A stretch of 64,000 nucleotides of DNA from Flaccisagitta enflata. Taxonomy: Eukaryota. Below are positions 16,429-31,386 of the stretch, in pieces; positions within the stretch are counted from its first letter, which is position 1; each line of letters opens with the position of its first letter. Made by a program: the position numbers and the translations under genes. The DNA lies in the NCBI GenBank assembly GCA_965153355.1, contig OZ231126.1, positions 22,320,001-22,384,000 on the forward strand, in the 5' to 3' direction. The notes beneath the pieces are model-generated. The model saw nothing but the letters and a program-made list of their open reading frames with translations, ran no database searches and was not told the origin of the DNA.

Positions 16429-18159
16429 TTAAACCCACTCTACCCTTCTTTCCTCCTCCCCCACCTCCTCCACCTCTTCAAAAACTGTAACGGCCGCAGC
16501 ACACGCCGTATTTGTTGAAAATCGGCAGCATAGGGAATCGGGGCGGATTTTTTTTGATTGTATAGGGGCCCGGCATTCCTCTACTGGCCCCTGGACCTGA
16601 AGAGTGGTAATCACTACTCAAAAAGAGTGACTGAGGAAGCTTTATGCACTTGAAAGTAAAGACAAAGAGCACAGCGCCGAAATGTTGCAAGTGCAGCAAT
16701 TTAGCAAGTGTAGCAATTTACCATGCAAACAATCAATTATTGGTACAAATTTTCTTTCGTTGATAAAACACAGACTTCGTGGGGAATCGGCAAATCAACT
16801 TAATATAATATATCCAAAGAAATGTCAACCATTTATCATTTGCATCTGGAGAGATAGAAATTGTTGGGAAAAAATGAGCGAGAAACAAATGTAAGCAAAT
16901 AAGTAGATCGAAAGTAAAAGCTCAGTCAATGTCGGAAAACCGGATATATGAATAAATGACGAGGCCGGATGGACGGCTAAGCGGCTACCTCTGACTCTGT
17001 CACGACTGAGTGGGCAGGGGCTATGATGAACAAGTCATCCAAAGATCGCACATGGTCAGCGGTACCCGGTGCCCTGCTTGGAGTGATTAGCTGTAGAATT
17101 GGAGTGAGAGCAGGGCAGCGGCCCCAAAGGGCCGATGTCCTGTAGGACACAGGGGTGAATTTCCAGACATCCTTAGAGGGCATATTTGAGGCCTTGGTAG
17201 CAGCTTTCTTTGTTATTCAATAGGAATTTTGCATTTTTTTCAATTTCTCCCCAATTTACCATGTTATATAATGGGAACTTTATGTTTTTTCTCAATTTTC
17301 ATCAATTTTCTATGTTATTCAACATATTTTGTCAATTTCCTATGTTATTCAATGGGAATTTAAGGCTTGAGAAGCTTCGAGGGGGGGGGGGAAGTATGGA
17401 CGGATGGCTGTATGGACGTCTGGAAATTCACCCCTGTGTCCTACAGGACATCGGCCCTTTGGGGCCGCTGCCCAAAAAGGTAACTAGGGCGGAGGACTAG
17501 GAGGAAGTAAATATGGGACCAAGGGACCGACCGATTAATCAACCAATCGAGGTATCGACGAACTCTCTAAATGGGATTAAGAGTCGCGTAGTAAGTGTCA
17601 TCGTATTGAAACAAGTGACGCGGGGTCACAATATCGTTGCGGACGGGTGGGCAGGGGCATCCAACTCCCAGCCTCACCCTAACCTCCCTCCAACACACAC
17701 ACACAATACCTACTGCAGCATAAACAAGGCCGGATACACGGCAACCAGTTGCGGAAGGGTGGGCATGGGCGGAAATGCGCGTTTTCCCACTTTTCAACTC
17801 GAGCATGACGGACAAAGCCTCTTATAGAGTTGCGTGTCCGCAACTGAAAATGCGCGTTTTTCGCGTTTTCAACTCGAGCGTGACGGACCGACGGACGGAC
17901 AAAGCCTCATTGAGTTGAGTGTCCGCAACTAAGATTGAAAAAGAAAAACAAGTCATCCACGGATCGCACATGGTCAGCGGTACCCGATGCCCTGCTTGGA
18001 GTGATTAGCTGATAAAGTTGAGTGAGAGCAAGGCAGAGGCCTGAGAGAGCATATTTGAGGGACATGTGTGAATTTCACGTCCTGAGGCACATTTGGGAAT
18101 TTTGGTATTTTTTCCAATTTTTTTGTCAATTTTCCATGTTATTCAATGGGAACTTGAGG

Positions 18160-18430
18160 TCTGAGAGGCTGGATATAAGGCCCAAGATGCTGGATTAGAG
18201 GCCAAAGAGGCTGGATTTGAGGCCTGAGAGGCTGGATTTGAGGCCCAAGAGGCTGGATTTGAGGCCCGAGAGGCGGAATTTGAGGCCTGAGAGGCTGGAT
18301 TTGAGGCCTGAGAGGCGGATTGAGGCCTGGGAGACTGATTTTGAGGCCTGAGATTGATTTGAGGCCTGGGAGAGGCTAAATTGGAGGCCTGAGAGGTTGG
18401 ATTTGAGGCCTGAGAGGCTGGATTTGGGAA
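18160..18430. repeat. 21-bp minisatellite (GAGGCCTGAGAGGCTGGATTT)n inside a family B element
   Basis: About 12 imperfect tandem units read directly. Confidence 0.9.
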
Positions 18431-19714
18431 GTTTGCATTTTGTCAATTTTCCATGTTATTCAATGGGAATTTGAGGCTTGAGAAGCATCAGAGGGAGGGG
18501 AACAGATACGTACGTATGGAAATTCACCCCTGTGTCCTACAGGACATCGGCCCTTTGGGGCTGCTGCCCAAAAAAGGAGCAGAGAAACCTTACACTTCAA
18601 ATGTTTTCCTTTGGCACACATTTGCTTGAAGATTGAGAGTACTGCCACTCAAATGCTGATCATATTTATACTTCGAGTCGCATCACCAACTTGCCGAACG
18701 CATTTGCATTGCATTGCATCACGTTTTTCGCCGCGAATCGTCCAACGCACAACCAGAGTCCCACGTTCTTATCACAATCAGTGATCACGTTTGATTTTTA
18801 AATCGAGGATCTCATTCGATCACGCTTGATATCGATGCACTCAACCGCTCTCGCCTCGGAAGCTCGGTACATATATCGGATGCGAGTCGCAGGACCCAAG
18901 TCATCGACCTCTCTTGCTGTCAAAGTATACCATCTTACCAACACCATCTTAATTTTCGTCAAACTTCCCTTCCCTTCCCGCTCTTGTTCATCTTCACTAA
19001 CAACCCGTCACCATCCTTCCCATCTTTACATGCCAGGATCCCTAATTCCTCCTTCCCTTCTTAATGTGCAGAGGACCTTGTCCATTACTGCTAAAACCAC
19101 CCAACAAGGGGGGGGGGATCAAGAAGCCATTGATCACAATCCTTCAAATTCCTTCAATCCTTTTTAGGTGCGACAAAGCACCTCTATAACTGGCTGTGTC
19201 CGTTGGTCTGTCGGTCTGTCGGGTAACGCATTCGTTCGACGATCCACACGTCGCACCTTATTGGCCTACTTGGCCTTGTTCTCATCTAAATTCACCCTCG
19301 TTTCTGGACATAAATTCACAGACGACCAATTGATCAACATTCACAAACGAGCTATCAACATCCTTAATTCCTCTTCTTTATTCGCCACCATTCTTATCCA
19401 GTTATCCGCCTTCCCATCTTTATTCACCACCTCTCTTATCCAGTTATCCACCTTCCCATTTTTATTCATTACCGTTTTTATCCACCTTCCCATCTTTATC
19501 AATCACCATTCTTATCCACCTTCCCATCTTTATTCACCACCACTCTTATCCAGTTATCCATCTTCCCATCTTTATTTACCACCATCGTCAGTCTTAAAAT
19601 TGGAACGCGTCGTTTTTTTTTTCGGTTTGATTCAACAAAAATTTCGACTGAAAATCTGAAAGTCCCCCTTTCACTGGCCGAGCGATTATTATGAACCAGT
19701 ACATGAAATGGAGA

Positions 19715-19879
<165 letters not shown>

Positions 19880-20002
19880 GAGAGAGAGAGGGGGGGTGAA
19901 ATGACAAAAGAGAGAAACAAAAAAAGATAAGTGAACGATCAACGTGATGAGATGATGAAAAAAAAAAGACTTATTATGTAAAACGGTTTTTTCCCTCAAA
20001 GA

Positions 20003-20082
<80 letters not shown>

Positions 20083-20344
20083 TCAGACTCACATGAAATT
20101 GTAAAAGATTCATCATTTTGTCAAATAATGATGTGCCTATACTTACGAAAGTGGATTCAAAAGTGAAATGTTTCTGCTTTTTTTGTCTCCATCACCGTCA
20201 TCATCATCATTGTCATCATCATCATCATCATAATCATCATCACCATCAACATCATTATCATCATCAGTTCCTTCCAGCCCACCCCACCACCATTTCAGTC
20301 TGTCGATATTCCTGACTATCAGGCCAGTATGTACTCTGTTCCAA

Positions 20345-20463
<119 letters not shown>

Positions 20464-20877
20464 GCCTATTTTTTTATCCATCGATTGGTTTTTAACTGAG
20501 ATAGAAAAGTTACCAACTATTGTTTTCATCACTTAACCTCTCTTTTTCACTCGCCTGCAAATATCCCACATCTTTCTCAGTGTTTTTCGTCAGCTCAACT
20601 TTTTCTCTTTTTCCTTGTCACAAGAGAAGGAAAATGGGCTAGTAATAGAGGACGACGGCAAACAAATAAACAACAAACACTTGGAAACAAACACTAATGA
20701 ACGAACAACTGAACGACATGAAAACAATGAACGTTTTTTAACCTTTAACAATTAACTTACTTTTGTTTTTATCTGCTCACCCACAAGCTTTGATTTTCGA
20801 CGCAAACGATAACAGTAAACATACAAATTTGATACGCTCTGATTAAAAAAAAACTAACAAAAAAACAAAACAAAACA

Positions 20878-21181
20878 ATGGAAAATACACAAATCCCTGC
20901 GCCATCGTCATTTCTATCGACGGAAGACATGGAGACAGAAGAGAGAGGCTTGACAATGACAGCAACGACCGAAGCAACATCATCGCTGACAACAACGATG
21001 ACAACCACATCCACGGTTGTCAATTCCTCAGATGCGGCAGAGGAGTCAACGATGACGTCAGCAACGGGGCCGGATGCTGATTACTTCCCACCGGATTCTC
21101 CGTTTTCGATCACCAATTCGAATTCTGCCATGTCTAGTCAAGATCTCAGATTCATCGTGGATGCAGGCACGAGCAGAAACG
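20878..21181 (+). CDS. Uncharacterised low-complexity protein, exon 1
   Basis: A-rich context AAAACAATGG, ORF MENTQIPAPSS...; phase-1 donor G|GTTAGA at 21182 (alternative GC donor at 21167, same phase) matches exon 2. Confidence 0.7.
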
Positions 21182-21733
21182 GTTAGAAATCCTTTCCAGA
21201 AAAGTGTTCTTGTTACTATCAGTCGTCGTTATTGACGTCTCCGTCGTTGTCGTTATCGTCGTCATCGTCAACGACGTTGGTTTTGTGACTAATGTCGTAG
21301 ATTCATTTTTTGTTGATGGTGTCGCTATTGTCGTTTTTGGGCAGCGACGCTGATTTTTTCATGTGTCAGATGTTGATGTTGTTATCATTGTTGTTGTTAT
21401 TATCATTGTTTTTGTTGTTGTTGTTGGTGGCTGTGGTGTTGTTGGTGGTGGTGTCGGTGTATTGTTGCTATTGTTGTAACATTGTGGTTGTTTTTGTTTC
21501 GTATATTTGTTTTGTTCCTATTGTTGTTGTTGTTGTTGTTGATAGTGGTGGTGGTGGTGGTTGTTGTTGTTGTTGTTGTTGTTGTTATATTTTTAGATTT
21601 TTTTGTTGTTGTTAGATTGTTAGATTTTGTTGTTGTTGGAATTTTGTTGTTGTCCTTGTTATTTTTTGTTATTACTTATGCCAATAAAGTTAATCGACGG
21701 AATTCTGATTGAAACGGTTAATTCATTCAACAG

Positions 21734-22301
21734 AAATTCAACCCAGCGCTGAGAAAAACAACAACGTCGACAGCAACAACGGTGCCCAAGAAGACGAGGA
21801 CGACAACGATAATGACATCAACGATAACGACAACGACGATGTGTACGACCCGGCGTTGGATTTCACGATGACGCCACCGATGACGCCGCCTCCCACATTT
21901 GACGTCACGGCGCCGAATTTCGATGCTTCGCGGCGCCTTTTGACGGTGGCGCGACAGTCCACGGCGTCGTCATTTTCAACATTGACAACCAAATCCACAA
22001 AATCCACATCGTCGTTTACAACGCAGACAACAGCGGAGAAAACGGCGAAAACAACATCATCGACTGAAATGTCCACCCTTGACTCGGAGGTAGATGGCGT
22101 TGTGGAGTGCGAGGCTGAAGGGGAAGAGACTGGAAGAAGGAAAGTCGTGGCTTTCGTCACTTTCGACGAAGATGAAGAAGAGGAAGAGGAAGACGAGGGA
22201 GAGGAGGAAGGGGAAGAGCGGCAGCGCGGGAAAGGGCAACGAAGTGGGATAGAATCAACCGTATCTGCTGTTCGAATCTCCTCTTCCAGCAAAGATTCTA
22301 G
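21734..22301 (+). CDS. Uncharacterised protein, exon 2
   Basis: Acceptor TTCAACAG|, open frame EIQPSAEKNN...SSSKDS, donor AG|GTAATA (phase 2). Confidence 0.8.
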
Positions 22302-23256
22302 GTAATACGAATTATTTTAGGTGTGTGCTAAGCGACTCTTTTATCTTATTTTGTCAGTCTGTCGGTCAGTCTTTCCAGCCGCTCGTCCTTCTGTCCATTG
22401 GCCAGACCAAAATATCATTCCACAACTGTTGCCTTGTTTTTACAGCATCCAACGGCTCCACTTTGAAAAGCCTCTTAGACGACTGTTTCGAAAGCCTGTC
22501 AAATGAAGTCACTGATTCACAACTTCTTTATTTGGTGCAATCTAAGCACTTTCTATGGGTCATCGCCGGGTGTTCTATGCAAAAGTGAAATTTTTTTTAG
22601 ATTCTCTTTCCAAAGTGATTTTTTATCCGTTGACAAAACAGTGACGATAAAAGAGCACTTCATGTACTTTTTCCAAGTCTTAGACTACTAGCTTTTCCTG
22701 CCCATCAACAGATAGGCCTATCTAACAATTTCTCCAATCAGCATTTTTAAAAGTTTCTTGTTATTACGCCTTCAAATGAGTCACTGTTTCTGAAGTTACA
22801 AGTGAGGCCATTAATGCTTTTCAGTGAAGTGATGACAAGAGAATGTCTAATGGTTGTTAAATGCATATTTGAATTGGGCGTGAGGCCAGATAAATAAAAA
22901 AGATAGAATAAGAGGATGTTTGGCAAATAGAGCCGAGTGAGTTTTAACGTGTTTGTTCAAAGTTTTGACAGGCGTTTTTTATCGGTCTTTCAATCCATCA
23001 TGTCCCGGATTTTTAGTCTGGTTTGGAGAAAAAAAATTAGCAGGGAGCAATCATGGGTACAACACTAAATTACAACACTAAATTATCATCTATCTGCGTG
23101 CACATATGTCTAGCTGAAATAAGCAATTTAGGCTCAGTAAATCATAAACGGTTTAAACAGTTAGCAATTTTGTGTTCTGCGTTAAACACTATTATTCAAT
23201 GCGCATGATCATAAAAGCGGATGGATGGAATGCATTCTTTTTCGAAAAGAATGTGA

Positions 23257-24115
<859 letters not shown>

Positions 24116-24470
24116 CTTGGAGAGGGGATGCAAGAGGTGATGAGCGATGGGGAAAGAGACGGGCCAAAGTCAAAGATAGAACGGGTCTTAATGAAATGTC
24201 TCATGGTCAGCTGCACCCTTGCCTAAGTTGACAAAACAATAAAACTCGCAGTACAAATTGGGTCTGTCTGTCATGAACTTGTCAGTTAATTCTAGCCCAT
24301 TTTGGTGAGATAGACACACAATGAATTTATGTTACCAATTAGGTTGGTTATGTAGGCATTGGACGGGGTTGAAGATGTTCTTATAGTCAAAACAAGTGAT
24401 ATTCTTACAATACTGAATTCCTCATGCATGACCGATATAGGCCGATCTTGAAATGTTGGCCGATGCCTAA

Positions 24471-24681
24471 CACATGTGCAAAAATTAGGCGGAAAACCAC
24501 TATGGCAATGAAAGTGTGAAAGGCATACTTCTAGTCAGTCTAGCATGATGAAATTTTTACTGCAGTAGCCTAAAGGTTTCAGGGGACTGCGGTTCAAGTT
24601 TCATGTCACTTTGCCAACAGGAAGTACGCTTTTCTAAATTTCATTGCATCAGTGGTTTTCCGCCTAATTTTTGCACATGTG
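24471..24681. mobile_element. MITE with TIR CACATGTGCAAAAATTAGGCGGAAAACCACT
   Basis: About 30-bp perfect terminal inverted repeat, extended imperfectly; TSD not clean. Confidence 0.7.
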
Positions 24682-24988
24682 ATAAATTCCTCATGTACGC
24701 TTTCATCAGACCGTTCCTATAGACTTGATTTTAGGCTCTACCTCGTCTTTGGTCTGCATCATGCAGTTCTTTCCGGACATAAGCTCAAACATTTCATTTC
24801 TTGACACAAAATATAAACACGATTTCAAGAGAAAAAACAATGTGCACGGGCTAAATGATGAGGACTTATGAAGTTCATGTGGCTCTTGATCCACCATTCG
24901 AACTTTTAGATGCGTCATCGCATCTTTTAAAAGAGGGTGTGACGGTAGTTAGGTCCGTTGGTAACATGATTTTGAAGGTTTTCTTTTT

Positions 24989-25200
24989 AGTCGCGTGCTA
25001 CGCGACTCTACACCCCGCTTTGTCGGTCCGTCCGTCCGTCCATCCGTCCGTCCGTCCGTCCGTCCGTCCGTCACACTTTACTTTTTCGGCGTTTATGGTT
25101 TTTTTTGGCCATACCGCTCCTGCCCAAATGCTCCGCTGACCTCAAATATGGCCCCTGCCCACCCGCACGCGACTGGGGTAGCCGTGTATCCGGCCTTGTT
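24989..25200 (+). mobile_element. DINE-1/HINE-like element, family A reference copy (others ~26441-26674, 30142-30337, 32635-32781, 35540-35730, 55195-55504, 63546-63746)
   Basis: 5' AGTCGCGTGCTACGCGACT (subTIR plus partial IR), (GTCC)n, 3' subTIR GCACGCGACT (25165-25174), stem-loop GCCGTGTATCCGGC, CTTGTT end, T-rich flanks, no TSD, no pol III boxes or poly-A tail. Confidence 0.85.
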
Positions 25201-26809
25201 ATCTATTCATATCTCTAAGCTCTTGTACAGTGGAGCAACGCTGGAGCGCACCCGCTAATAAGGCATGTCCGCCTATTAGGCATATAATTTGCAGGCCCAT
25301 AAGAGATTTTGTAGTTAATTTTATAAGGAAACTTCACAATAAGGCATAATTTTGCCCAGTCCCTTTTGCCCATTTCTTGGCCGTGTTTGTCTAGGCATAA
25401 AAGTGACGTATCTCCCTTGCTTCCTTTTTAGGTGCGCCATAGCACGTCTATATAGGCTCTGTCCGTCGGTTGGTCGGTTGGTTGGTTGGTCGGTTGGTTG
25501 GTCGCTGAAAATGTTTAAAGTCACCCAAGAAGTCATCTTTGTTTATCTTCTATGTTACTTGTCATTTCATTATCATATTCATCTACAGTTAGGTCTCAAA
25601 GAGCTTGAGAAAGTTGAGATAGGTCCGATAGAGCTCGGAATAGGTCTGATAGAGCTCAGGATAGGTCTAAGAAGTAATAACGCCGGTTAGGTCAATAGAG
25701 CTTGGTATAGGTCTGATAGAGCTAGGGTTAGGTCTAAGAATTTATAAGGCCGGCGCACCATCTTGGCCCGTGTTTCCGACCTTGTTTTTCTCTATCTCTT
25801 TTTCTCGCTTCTTTTTTTCGACAACATTTTTTATGAGATGTAAAAAATGCGCGCGGTTAATAACATTCAAAAAACACTCGTAGAATGTTCGCTTAATCGA
25901 CCCCAAATCATCCAGATTATTTCACACTTTCAAATTGAAAAGTCAGTTGAAGCCGAATTATGATATAATTTTGTCCGTTTTCGGGTCGATTCTTTCTTTT
26001 TTCTTTCTCATTTTGGCGAAGAATCTAATTCATAACAAATGCTTTTTATACAAAGTCATCGGTCATGTTGAAAACAATTATTTTTAATGTTTTTTTTTAT
26101 TCTAATGGAGACGTCAACGCTGTCCGACTTTTGTAAATAAATCCTCTCATTGTTTTTCAGTAAGCCAATGTTTCTGTAACCACTATTTCTAGATCTACAG
26201 CAAATCTCTATTGATACTTATATTGCTGATTGCCAATTGAAGAGAAAAAAAAAAAGCGTGGAGGTAGTCGAGGGCAATGATGCAGAAGCTATTTGCTGAT
26301 GGACAGACAGACAGAAGAACGGTCAGTCGAACAGTTCACAAGTTGCGTCCACAATTTTATTTTCTTTCATCTGAAGTGGGCAGGAATGGCCTACCTGTTG
26401 AAATCCATCCCAACAACATCCATTTCTTTTTACAATTTTTTGTCGCGTGCTACGCGACTCTACACCCCGCTTTGTCGGTCCGTCGGTCCGTCGGTCCGTC
26501 GGTCCGTCGGTCCGTCGGTCCGTCGGTCCATCCGTCCGTCGGTCCGTCACACTTTACTTTTTTGGGGTTTTGCGGTTTATGGCCTCATTGCTCCTGCCCA
26601 AATGATCAAGTGACCTCAAATATGGCCCCTGCCCACCCGCACGCGACTGGGGTAGCCCTGTATCCGGCCTAGTTAAAATGAAAGAAAATAGTTCTTTAAG
26701 CACGAAAAGAGAAAAATAACGGATACGAATCAGTTTTGGAACTTCGCCGAAATGTCATCTGATCATTTTCTCCCTCTTGACGTTCTCCCTCTTCATTATT
26801 TATTTCCAG

Positions 26810-27209
26810 GGATTGCATCATCGGCTTCCCTTCCACCGGCTCGTCGACGTCTCATTCGTCATCCGCCTTCGCCTCTCACTCCGAGTCCACCTCAGCCTCC
26901 TCATTCTCCTCCTCTTCTTTCTCCTCCTCGTCCTTATCCGCATTCTCCATCTCTTCTTCCACCATCAACTCCTCCTCCTCGACCACCGCCGCTTCCGGTT
27001 CTTCGGCCTTCACCACTCCTCCTCCAGCCTCTTCTCAACTCCTCCACCAGACGATCTTGGAGGAGGAGGAAGAAGAGGAAGAAGCGGAAGAAGAGCAGAA
27101 GCACCCTGACGCTGAAGTCCTCGGAGATGAAGCGAACGTGAAAGCGAAATCCTTGATATCTTCGCCTCCCGCGGAACGGGTCGTCGTTTTAGAAACTACG
27201 TCTTGGGAG
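26810..27209 (+). CDS. Uncharacterised protein, exon 3 (Ser-rich then acidic)
   Basis: Acceptor TTTCCAG|, phase 2 gives DCIIGFPSTGSS...EEEEEEEEAEEEQKHP...LETTSWE, donor GAG|GTTAGT (phase 0). This frame is not in the ORF track because it lacks a start codon. Confidence 0.8.
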
Positions 27210-27907
27210 GTTAGTTTGTGAGTTTGAACAACGGCAACTTATAATTGGGAAGTGAAAGCTAAGCTCCACCATCGAATATCCATTCCTGTCCGTACGTATG
27301 TCACGCTTTTGTAGCCGCTACCGGAAGCAACTTTTTTTCTTAACTTTGTTTCCTTGTATGTAGTCTCGTTAATGCGACTGCCTATCTATCACTTGCCTCC
27401 CTTCCTCCTTGACGGTATTGTTATCACTGTTAATTGATGACCATATAAGATATGTAGCCGCGTGCCGCCCTCGTACCTACAGGGCAGGGACTGTGGTGTA
27501 GCTCCCTAACTGGTTCTAACAGCAGTAGTGTTAACGCGGCCCACAATCGAGAACCGATCAAAATTTGTTTAGAACTATAACTATGGCTTTGCGCAATGAA
27601 GGCGACAGACACAGTGGATAACGAACAACGAATAGAGATATATATTTTATATCAGAATACTTATTTTCTCATAATAAGCATAACATCCCCAACTCGTATC
27701 AACATGGAGCCAAATGATTTTTTCGGCTATCATTAATCACTGATTAAAAAAAGTTCTATCCTGCTGGTAAAGAAACACAGCTTGTTTTCATGACCGTCAA
27801 ATGTTTTATATAAAGACTGTTGTAAACGGCAATATGCAAATTAACCAGTGAAGAAAGTATTACTAAACTCAACACTGATCTATCCTTACGTTTCCTTCTC
27901 TCTGCAG

Positions 27908-28637
27908 GCGCGAAAAGGCGAAAAAGGCAAGAAACCAAAAAGATCAATTTACAATCGTCTTTTCGATCATTTGGAAACCGAAGAAGAACAAGTGGAAGAA
28001 CAACAACAAGACGAAGAAGAACAAGAAGGTGAATCCGATCTGGACGAAGAAGAGGCGGACAAGCTCGCCAAACGGAAGAGTTCCATCTACAGTCGTCTCT
28101 TTGATCACCTGGAAGAAGAGGAGGAAGACGTCGGAGAGGCGGAAGTCAGACGAGAAGGCGTTGGAGAATTAGTGAAGGATTCTCGTATCGACGAGGAAGA
28201 AGAAGATAAAATTGCCAAACGGAAAAACACGGTTTATAGTCGTCTTTTCGATCATCTAGAATCTGAGAGCGCCGCCACTGTCGTCGCTGCCACCACCGTC
28301 GACACAGACACTGCCACCACCGCCGCCGCTGCCTCCCCTGCTACCCCCGCCACCACTACTACAACACTTGCGTCAGCGGAAGAACACAACTCAACAATGG
28401 AAAAGGAAAATGCTTCGAAGCGGAAAAGTTCGATTTACAATCGCCTCTTCGATCATCTCGATGATGACGACGTTGAGGCGGAAGAGGGGGAAGAGGGGCG
28501 TGTAGAGATGGAGATGGGAGATGCCGAAGAGGGTGTGGCTCTGACTGAAGGAACAATTGAAATGCCGCTGATCAACTCCGCATTGAAGCCTCAAAGAAGA
28601 TTCTCCACTTGCGCAGAAGTCGTCAGCGGCAACGAAG
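27908..28637 (+). CDS. Uncharacterised protein, exon 4 (four SIY(N/S)RLFDHL-type repeats)
   Basis: Acceptor CTCTCTGCAG|, phase 0 in ORF 27848-28684, donor AAG|GTGAGT (phase 1). Confidence 0.85.
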
Positions 28638-29494
28638 GTGAGTCTCACAGCGTTGTTTTGTACATAAAATGTACACAACGATAACTATGTACACATATTC
28701 TTTTGTTGAAATTGTCAAAGGAAGTGAATCGATATGAATTGAACCATGTTTGTTTTATAAGAACGAGCATTGAGCATCACTGAGTTATCTGTATGAGGCT
28801 AAGTATTGGTGGTAGATGAGAGTTTCGTCCATGAACACGTTTGCTGCCTATAACTACCCATTTGTCATTAAAAATATATTTGTATATGTTTATTTCATAA
28901 TTTTGTAATTTTAAAAACATTTCTGTAATCGCAAGAAAATAGCCAATTAGCTGAACAGAACCAGAGATATGTAAGTTTTAGAATAAAACCATAGCTATTT
29001 GATTTATTTCGTACTTAAATTGAAAAACTAACAATTTTCGAATGAAAAAAAATATTAAATATTAAATATTAAGCCTATACGATTGGAAAGAATGAAAAAT
29101 TGCCGCCTGAGTTCGATAGATGAATATATATAGTTTCTCTGTACCAAATTTGAGCCTTTTCGCATTTGAAAAAAATCTTACTATAAACAGACAAAAAGTT
29201 AAAATTTCCATTTAGCCAACTTCCAATGCTGGTTTATTGAAGCTGAATGAGAAATACATTCATTTGGTATTTATCTACAATATACTGAAAGCTCAGCCTA
29301 GTACTCCCTGTCGCTTAGCGTCACCAGCGGTTAGAAGGTGACAGTATCTTTTAATTGGTCGGTAGACACGGAATGTAGAATTAGCGTGTGTGTGTGTGTG
29401 TGTGTGTACGTGTATGTGTGTGTACGTGTATGTGTGTGTACATGTGTGTGTGTGTGTGTCATGTGTGTGTGTGTGTGTGTACGTGTGTGTGTGT

Positions 29495-29537
<43 letters not shown>

Positions 29538-31386
29538 GGTGTTGCTTGAACCAAAGCTTGTCAACCGCAGGCTTAATAGAGAGATTCGGGTAGAGAGAGA
29601 TTTCTGGCTTCAGATTATGATTTTTCTCATTTTGCAATTCGACTAGTCAGTTGTTCAATACATTAACTGTTTTTTTCTCTTGTCGTTTTCTTAATCTATG
29701 ACATTCACATCTAGCATCTCTCAATCATTGGGGTTTTAACTTTTCATCTGTGTCTTTCATCTAGATATCTGTCTGTCAGTCAGTCTCTTCTCTTTCTCTC
29801 TCTCTCTCTCATTCTTCTTCTTATCCACCTTCTCATCCAGTCTTCTTCTTCTCCTCCTTCTTTTTCTTCTTTTTCTTCCTTCTTCTTTTCTTTTACTCTC
29901 TCTCATTCTTCTTCTTCTTATCCTCCTTCTCATCCAGTCTTCTTCTTTCTTCTTCTCTTTTTCTTCTTCTTTGTGGCGGCTGCAGCGGCTTCCTCTTTCT
30001 TCTTTCTTTTTCTTTTCTTTTCTTCTTCTTCTTCTTTTTCTTCTTCTTCCGTTATTCGTTGTCAGTTGGTTTCGCAATCGATGCAACATATGACATCGAG
30101 CCAAAGCTTCATAGAGAGAGTCAGTGCAGTCAAACTGATGAAAACAAGGCCGGATACACGGCTACCGAAGTCGCGTGCGGGTGGGCAGGGGCCATATTGA
30201 GGCCACTCATCATTTAGCAGGAGCAGCAAGTCAGCACCTGAAAACCCAAAAAAGTAGGGGTGCGTCATTTCAATGACTCGATCGACGGATTAGGACGGAC
30301 CGACAAAGCGGGTTGTAGAGTCGCGTAGCACGCGACTAAAAATGGCGGCAAAATTTCTGAGGGTAGTAATGATGATAACAAGTGTGATTTTAAATCTTGG
30401 TCTCGTCACAAATATACCATTTTCACTATTTCTATTCAATTTTCGATGAGGAATTCAAAAATCACAGTCTCGAGAGCCTCAGACAACGTTTACAGGATCT
30501 TTTGAGAAAACTTAGCTTAAGTCCATTGCTGCATGAACCGCAGGCGTGCTTTTTCTTCTCTCCTTCCGAGTTGCATATATTTTATCCTGAGATCTTGTCA
30601 AATAGCAAGGGAATAAAATCTGAACCAAAACAAATACTCATTCGCCACCTAGAGTGATGAGATACACCTTGGTCATACCGATGCGTGTTACATTCTTCCA
30701 TATCTTAGAAGGGATGTAAGGAGCTGATTTGCATATAGTAGTATGCTTCTTTCTAAATTTAAAACGACGTAATGTTGTCGCAGATCTGTCAACATGCAAA
30801 ATTATTATGTGTTGCATCTCTAAGTTACCGAAGGAAAATTTTAAGATCGTTCAAATTGCGTCCCTTTAGATAACGTTGACGAAGATTTTTAAAAGAGTCT
30901 CAACTTCAAAGATTACAATGAAAGATTCTAAATCCCGAGTGATTATATTCAAGACAGCTGAACAAAAAAGAAATCCGTACGTTCCGGATCACCTTCTGGG
31001 GGCATTTTTGAATGGCGGGGGAACTAGTCCGCCTAAAAACTATTGGCACTGAGTGAAAGTGAAAGGTCTGAGGTGCTTATCAATCCAAGAGATAGAAAAG
31101 AATTAAGACGGTCTGCAAACAAATATAGAGGGATGTATACGCTATGTTGAAATGAACCATATTCCATTTTATCCCATTTCCTTATCTTCTTTTTTTTCTT
31201 TTCTCTGTTATACTCCTTATTTATAAGATCTTTCATGAGGCACCCATATCTTTCGGAGTAGCGGCGCAACTCGCTACTCCATAAAAAGCAGGCCTGGCGC
31301 GAAGTGAGAAATTACCAAATTTTGAAATATTTAGATTTCTAGGCTGGCTGGTTCCAATCAAACATTTAACATTTATTTTCTTTTAG

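Noticed and set aside
24989-25200. Family A repeat as a tRNA-derived SINE, or as a protein family (MAPAHPHATGVAVYPAL ORFs)
   Set aside because: No A/B boxes, tail or TSD; the structure fits DINE-1/HINE, and the recurring peptide is just the translated repeat.
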